The notes beneath the pieces were generated by a model that was not told the DNA's origin, made no database searches, and saw only the letters and a program-made list of their open reading frames with translations. Both the position numbers and the translations under genes were made by a program. DNA of 64,000 nt from an uncultured Acidobacteriota bacterium (GTDB lineage Bacteria > Acidobacteriota > UBA6911 > RPQK01 > JAPXNP01), in assembly GCA_963823995.1 (NCBI GenBank), contig CAWGNQ010000005.1:706510-770509 (forward strand), in the 5' to 3' direction. Every line of letters begins with the position of its first letter. The first letter of the stretch is position 1. Shown piece by piece: positions 59,274 to 64,000 of the stretch.

Positions 59274-60284
59274 TCACCCCCCAATGTAGGACATCGTTCG
59301 CGGAGGAGGCTGAAAGTCGGGCTCGTTGATCCGATGACCCGCTTCCTTCTTTCCGACCGTTTCGACGATATACTGCCCGATCCGTTCGTCCGAAGCACCG
59401 CTCCGTAGAAGCAGCCTGACATCATGCTCGACGAGAGAAAACAGGCAGGTGCGCAGCTTGCCGTCGGCCGTCAGTCGGATTCGGGCGCACTCGCCGCAAA
59501 ACGGCCGCGAAATGGTCGTGATGACACCTACTGAACCGGGTGCATCCGTGAAGCGGAAGTTGACCGATGTATCGCTCGGCCGCTCCGGACGCTGGCGCTC
59601 GAGAGGGAAAAGCGAACGAACCCGTTCGATCACCTCGTCTCCCGTGACTACCTGAGCCCGCGTCCACTTCTCGTCCTCATCGAGAGGCATGAACTCGATG
59701 AACCGGACGTGAACCGCCCAGTCGCGTGCGAACCTGGCAAAATCCAGAAGCTCGTCGTCGTTCCAGTCTCGCACAACCACGCAGTTGATCTTGATCGGCT
59801 CCAGCCCGACCGAGCGGGCGGCCCGGATGCCTCCCAGAATCTTCTCGAGATCGTCCTGACCGGTCATCTGCCGGAATCTCTCCCGGCGAAGAGAGTCGAG
59901 CGAGACCGTAATACGGTGCAGACCGGCTCCTTTCAGCAACCCGGCCTTCGCCGCAAGACTGAAACCATTGGTCGTCATCGTGAGATCGGCCAGCCCGGGA
60001 AGCGCCGACAGTCGGCGGATCAGGATATCGAGGTCCTTTCGCAGCATCGGCTCGCCGCCGGTCACGCGAATCTTGTGAATCCCCAGACTCAGAAAGATGC
60101 GCGCCAACCGCTCGATCTCCTCGTAGGTCAAGAGGCGATCCCGTGGAACAGCCTTCAAGCCGAGGCCGGTCTTGCAGTAGAAGCACTTGTAGTTGCAGCG
60201 GTCGGTCACCGAGACCCGAAGATCGGTGATCTGCCTTCCATAGCTGTCTTGCAGCACGGGGCCATCCTGGATCGAGAGATTCAC
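59274..60284 (-). CDS. moaA: GTP 3',8-cyclase (molybdenum cofactor biosynthesis)
   Basis: Radical-SAM CNYKCFYC cluster motif after LRVSVTDR; C-terminal Cys motif CGECARIRLTADGKLRTCL. Confidence 0.85.
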   Translation of the reverse strand: MNLSIQDGPVLQDSYGRQITDLRVSVTDRCNYKCFYCKTGLGLKAVPRDRLLTYEEIERLARIFLSLGIHKIRVTGGEPMLRKDLDILIRRLSALPGLADLTMTTNGFSLAAKAGLLKGAGLHRITVSLDSLRRERFRQMTGQDDLEKILGGIRAARSVGLEPIKINCVVVRDWNDDELLDFARFARDWAVHVRFIEFMPLDEDEKWTRAQVVTGDEVIERVRSLFPLERQRPERPSDTSVNFRFTDAPGSVGVITTISRPFCGECARIRLTADGKLRTCLFSLVEHDVRLLLRSGASDERIGQYIVETVGKKEAGHRINEPDFQPPPRTMSYIGG

Positions 60285-60294
60285 CCATTCCCGC

Positions 60295-63200
60295 CTATTT
60301 CAACAACGTCGGGGGCACTGCCGATTGGAGACGGAGATCGGAGGTTCCAAAGATCTCCTGCCCCACCAAAGACTGATCCGAGTCTATCACGATGTATCCT
60401 CCTGCCATCTCGCCGACAGAGGGTACGAGGTCCGACAGGGGTTGGGAAAGCCGTTCCCACGGGCCCAAGACTCGGACCGCCTCGCCCTGCAGTTCCCCTT
60501 GAGGATCGAACACCCGGATACGGAGATTCGCCTCCGTTGGTGCGGCATTGAACAGGGCCAGACCTGTAAAGAACTCACCCAGGTTGGCAACGTGGCCGAA
60601 GACGGCCTTCCGAAAGGGGGTTCCCTGTAGAGGCAGCGCCGCTCCGAACCGCGCCCCGTCAGGATCTCCGAAAACGATGCTTCCGATGACGCCAGGGCCA
60701 TCGGCACGCACGATCAGCGATCCGACCAGGAATCCACCCGGCGGCAGAGTCGCACCGGAGAAAAGCTCGGACGCGGAGATCTGCCGGAACTCACCGGGCT
60801 GCAGCGTGATCGGCGCCGAATCCAGCTCCGGTTCTTCGGCGCCGCGAATGACACTGACCCCGATCTGCCTTGCGAGGTCACCCGTGTTGATGAGATTCAG
60901 GCGCGACTCGAGCCCTTCTCCCAGGGCCAGCTGTGCGGAATAACTGGTCTGCGTTCCCCCGGCGGACAAAGCGTTGAGGACGACCAATCGCTGCGCTTGG
61001 GCGTCCTGAATGCGCCCGGTTCCAACCAGTCCCATTCCCTGATCCGTCGTAGCCCGTACGTAGCCGGTCGAATCGATCGGTGTCGAGAACAGGGAGGCCG
61101 CCGATGCCGCCCAGACACCATGAGCCGGTATCGAGCCCTGGATCGTCTCGATCGACGCCTCCGGCTTCGCATCCCCGGACGGCCCGAGAACCAGGTGGAG
61201 CTGCACGGTCGCCGCCTCGTCCCCCGGATTAACGAGGCTCAGCAGATTCTCGGCCTGAGGGTCGAGCATCGTGAAATACAACTCGCGTGAGGGCATGACA
61301 ACCGCCGATGCGCCATCCAGCGCGTGGAGCTGAAAATCGCCGAGTTGCGTCAAGCTGCCCAGAACCGGCCATTCGGTCGGTTCCGCGACAAGGCGCGCAA
61401 CCAGCTCGACCCAGCCCACCTGAGGTTCCGCCGGGCTGGTCCCGAAGACCTCCGAGGCCACCCTCGCCAGCTGTGCCCCGACGCTCAGATCCTGAAGGTG
61501 GGGGTTGTCCGAAAGACCGAGCAGCGTGCCATCGTCCGACCATCCGCGGAACTCGAGTTCGGCCCGTGGGCCATCGATGTTCGCCACGGCGAATCCGGTG
61601 AACTTGGCGGCATCACCCTGGAGCATCGGGAAATACAGGCGGTAGGCGGGGGGCGTCAGCCGATCTTCCGCTGCCTGGTGCCCCTCGACTTGGGAAGGGG
61701 TCAGCCAAAGCGGGTGGTAATGATTGGTCAACCAGAGCCCCATCTCCGAAACAAAGGACGGGTCCGTCTCGGCCTCACTCCGGCCGCCCGGAATCACCTG
61801 AAAGGCCTGAAAGCCCCCAGGGGCGAGCTCGGCGACGAACCGACGGGCCGGGCCGCTGCCGAACATGAACCCGTCAATGCCTGACGCCCTGACCGAGTGG
61901 GACGAGGCGTCCACCGTCTCGTATCCGCCCGACCGCGCCACCCCCTGGAGCGACGGCGAAAGGTCGGAGAAACCTCCTGCGGGCGGCAGGTCATAGGAAC
62001 CGCCCAACGGATGGTCGAAGCGAATGCGATGCAGGATTCCCCACCGGTAGTCGTCCTGATCGACGGAGTTGGCGAAGGCCGCCTGATAGTCGGTAGAAGC
62101 CAAGGCGTCGAGTGCCTCGCGAAGACTTCTCAGGATCAGGATGTCACGGGCATCGTTCGGATCGGAAGTTCCGGCCGCCCCGAAAAAGTTCAAGCCTGAT
62201 TCGCCCACCCCCTGATTCACGCCGAAGTGATCGAGCAGATGCCGCAGTGCCGAAAGAGACCGCTCACCGTCGGGTCGATAGGCCGTCAATCCGACTCGAT
62301 TGAGGGCGGCATCGATCGTGTTGTGAACGATGCGCCCCCGCCAGACCGAATAGATCGTGGCCGCAACGCTGTGATCGACCGAGGACTGGGAAGGCTCCGG
62401 AAGCGCACCGGGGTCGTCACCCGGATCATAGCCGTCCCGAATGCCGGTGGGAGTCGTGAAGTCCCACTCCGCAAGACGTTGCACTGCCTCGGTAACCCCG
62501 GCATCCTGTCCAAGTGCGGCCAGGCCCGAATCCGCGCCGGGCTGTCCGGCCCGGCCGGACGCCGCCAGAATGTAGGGAACGAAGATCTGGGCATCGAGCA
62601 GCTGATTGTCCGCCTGCATGGTCCGCAGATCCTCGAGGGTCAGTCTCCCCGACCCGGAATCCAGCCGCTGTCGAATCATCTGATCGATGCGGCCGATCCG
62701 CAGACTCGTGAACCCCGGGTTCAGATACAGAATTCCCCCGCCCGGACGGAATTGGTTCAGGACATCGTTATCCAGTGAAACCCCGATCGGGTCATTGTTC
62801 GCGCTGGCAATGAAGCCCTGCGCCGGGTTGACGACCTGAGGCATCTCGCCAAACGGCAGGATCTCGAATTCAAGCGCCTGAAGAGGTTGGGGATGCTCGA
62901 CCGCCAGCCATTCGTTGTGTGACTGGCCGGTCCCATCCCGGACGAACCAGGGGGGAGCGCCGTCGACCATTTCCGCCTGCAGATCCTCTCGAATGGGCAG
63001 CTCGCCGCTTGTGAAATAGGCGATGTTACCCTCGATATCTGCATAACCCCAATTCTGGGACCCGAAGTCAAAATACTGAAGGGCGTCCCGGAACTCGGCG
63101 AAATTCCTCGCCCGGGCCACGTGCACGAAGGTCTCCCCGACGCGCGTGGCGCCCCAACCTGCGTACTGGATGCTCAGCCCTTTGAGATCGAACAGGTTGT

Positions 63201-64000
63201 CCGGATTGCGGATGACCTGAACGATGGGTCCGTTATTGCGACGGGGAACGATGTAGGTGACTCCCCCCTCGAGGGGCCCGACGGGCGCCGGCTCCAGATT
63301 GTCTTCAATTCCGTCGCCGACGTGATTGACGCGAAAGTCCTGGGGGATCTTCACGACCGGCTCGACCTGATCCTCGAACACGGTGCCGTCGACGGTCACC
63401 CGAAAGGACCCGTCAATGTGAAAAACCAGCTGTTCCTGATAGATATCGGTCACATCCATCGGGTTGACCGTCGAACCCCAGCAGATCCGATCGTTACATC
63501 CCTGGACGACGCCGAGCGTTCCGGGAAAAGAGACGCCGGTGACCTGCATCGGGCCGTTCGCCGGGTCGGCCGAGACGGACAGCTGAATTTCGTAGAAAAC
63601 TGCCGGCATATCCAGGGACAGATGGGGATCGTTGGCGAACAGAGCATGGCCGGTTGCGGAATGGGCCGGATCGATGATCCAGAAGTTGCTTCCGGCGGTC
63701 GCCGCGGTTCGCTCGAGGGCCGACCGCAGGATCGGCACCGATCGGATCTTCCTCGAATATCGCTTCAGGAGTTCCGGCGATACCCTCCGGGTCGCTCCGG
63801 GTACCCCTGTTCCGGCGACCCCGGTTCGCATCGACGATTGCCCCGACGGGATCGTCACGGCAGGTTCGAATGGGGCACTCCGGTCGAGATCCTGCGAGAA
63901 AAGTGCCTCTCCGTCGAAGCCCTGGTTCACGCCCGCCTCGACGAAGGCATCATGAGCCTCGGTCAGCCCGATATCGAGCAGATCGAAGGAAAGCCCGAAG
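60295..64000 (-). CDS. penicillin acylase-family Ntn hydrolase with ~450-aa C-terminal repeat extension; 5' end beyond window
   Basis: GSNFWIID (beta-subunit nucleophile Ser) and ANDPHLSLDMPAVFYEIQL. Frame stays open from the track start 63930 (a GTG) to 64000, so the alpha-subunit lies outside the window. C-terminal third has three ~130-aa beta-sandwich-like repeats. Confidence 0.75.
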   Translation of the reverse strand, partial: FGLSFDLLDIGLTEAHDAFVEAGVNQGFDGEALFSQDLDRSAPFEPAVTIPSGQSSMRTGVAGTGVPGATRRVSPELLKRYSRKIRSVPILRSALERTAATAGSNFWIIDPAHSATGHALFANDPHLSLDMPAVFYEIQLSVSADPANGPMQVTGVSFPGTLGVVQGCNDRICWGSTVNPMDVTDIYQEQLVFHIDGSFRVTVDGTVFEDQVEPVVKIPQDFRVNHVGDGIEDNLEPAPVGPLEGGVTYIVPRRNNGPIVQVIRNPDNLFDLKGLSIQYAGWGATRVGETFVHVARARNFAEFRDALQYFDFGSQNWGYADIEGNIAYFTSGELPIREDLQAEMVDGAPPWFVRDGTGQSHNEWLAVEHPQPLQALEFEILPFGEMPQVVNPAQGFIASANNDPIGVSLDNDVLNQFRPGGGILYLNPGFTSLRIGRIDQMIRQRLDSGSGRLTLEDLRTMQADNQLLDAQIFVPYILAASGRAGQPGADSGLAALGQDAGVTEAVQRLAEWDFTTPTGIRDGYDPGDDPGALPEPSQSSVDHSVAATIYSVWRGRIVHNTIDAALNRVGLTAYRPDGERSLSALRHLLDHFGVNQGVGESGLNFFGAAGTSDPNDARDILILRSLREALDALASTDYQAAFANSVDQDDYRWGILHRIRFDHPLGGSYDLPPAGGFSDLSPSLQGVARSGGYETVDASSHSVRASGIDGFMFGSGPARRFVAELAPGGFQAFQVIPGGRSEAETDPSFVSEMGLWLTNHYHPLWLTPSQVEGHQAAEDRLTPPAYRLYFPMLQGDAAKFTGFAVANIDGPRAELEFRGWSDDGTLLGLSDNPHLQDLSVGAQLARVASEVFGTSPAEPQVGWVELVARLVAEPTEWPVLGSLTQLGDFQLHALDGASAVVMPSRELYFTMLDPQAENLLSLVNPGDEAATVQLHLVLGPSGDAKPEASIETIQGSIPAHGVWAASAASLFSTPIDSTGYVRATTDQGMGLVGTGRIQDAQAQRLVVLNALSAGGTQTSYSAQLALGEGLESRLNLINTGDLARQIGVSVIRGAEEPELDSAPITLQPGEFRQISASELFSGATLPPGGFLVGSLIVRADGPGVIGSIVFGDPDGARFGAALPLQGTPFRKAVFGHVANLGEFFTGLALFNAAPTEANLRIRVFDPQGELQGEAVRVLGPWERLSQPLSDLVPSVGEMAGGYIVIDSDQSLVGQEIFGTSDLRLQSAVPPTLLK

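Overview
This is a 64-kb, high-GC chromosomal window. The gene content (two GWxTD-domain proteins, a 1199-aa CarboxypepD_reg/TonB-type outer-membrane receptor, many secreted TPR paralogs, GH127 and GH31 hydrolases) suggests an Acidobacteria-like soil bacterium, but that is inference only. The left ~16 kb is a copper/silver homeostasis island. It holds a CcmH-like thiol protein, a SHOCT protein with a small membrane peptide, a duplicated Met/His-rich periplasmic protein, a DUF3347-like protein and a CopA P1B-ATPase with a YHS domain and two HMBD repeats. A tetraheme cytochrome c and an orphan intramembrane histidine kinase sit on the opposite strand. Next comes a cusC-like (multiply frameshifted)-cusB-cusA HME-RND operon, preceded by a 44-aa peptide ending in (GGM)3 and a sigma54-like promoter. 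The operon is followed by a tandem-duplicated Cys/His hypothetical protein and a NosL-family copper chaperone. The rest of the window encodes nagB, six paralogous secreted ~395-aa TPR proteins in two subfamilies, the two GWxTD paralogs, murB-murA, a SPOR protein, pheA, a glgA-like GT5 enzyme, an M28 peptidase, tadA, a UPF0182 membrane protein, a rhodanese, an A-type Fe-S carrier, moaA and a partial penicillin-acylase-family gene. The most striking non-coding features are two dispersed repeat families. The first is a ~165-bp MITE-like element with ~27-bp terminal inverted repeats (two full copies), whose terminal motif also bounds and fills a ~1-kb array of eight 121-bp tandem repeats. The second is a family of composite intergenic elements built from GGGAGAAC-type simple repeats and GAAACC-type repeats. 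No rRNA, tRNA, CRISPR, transposase or integrase genes were recognised. All calls rest on motif recognition by eye; no database search was possible.
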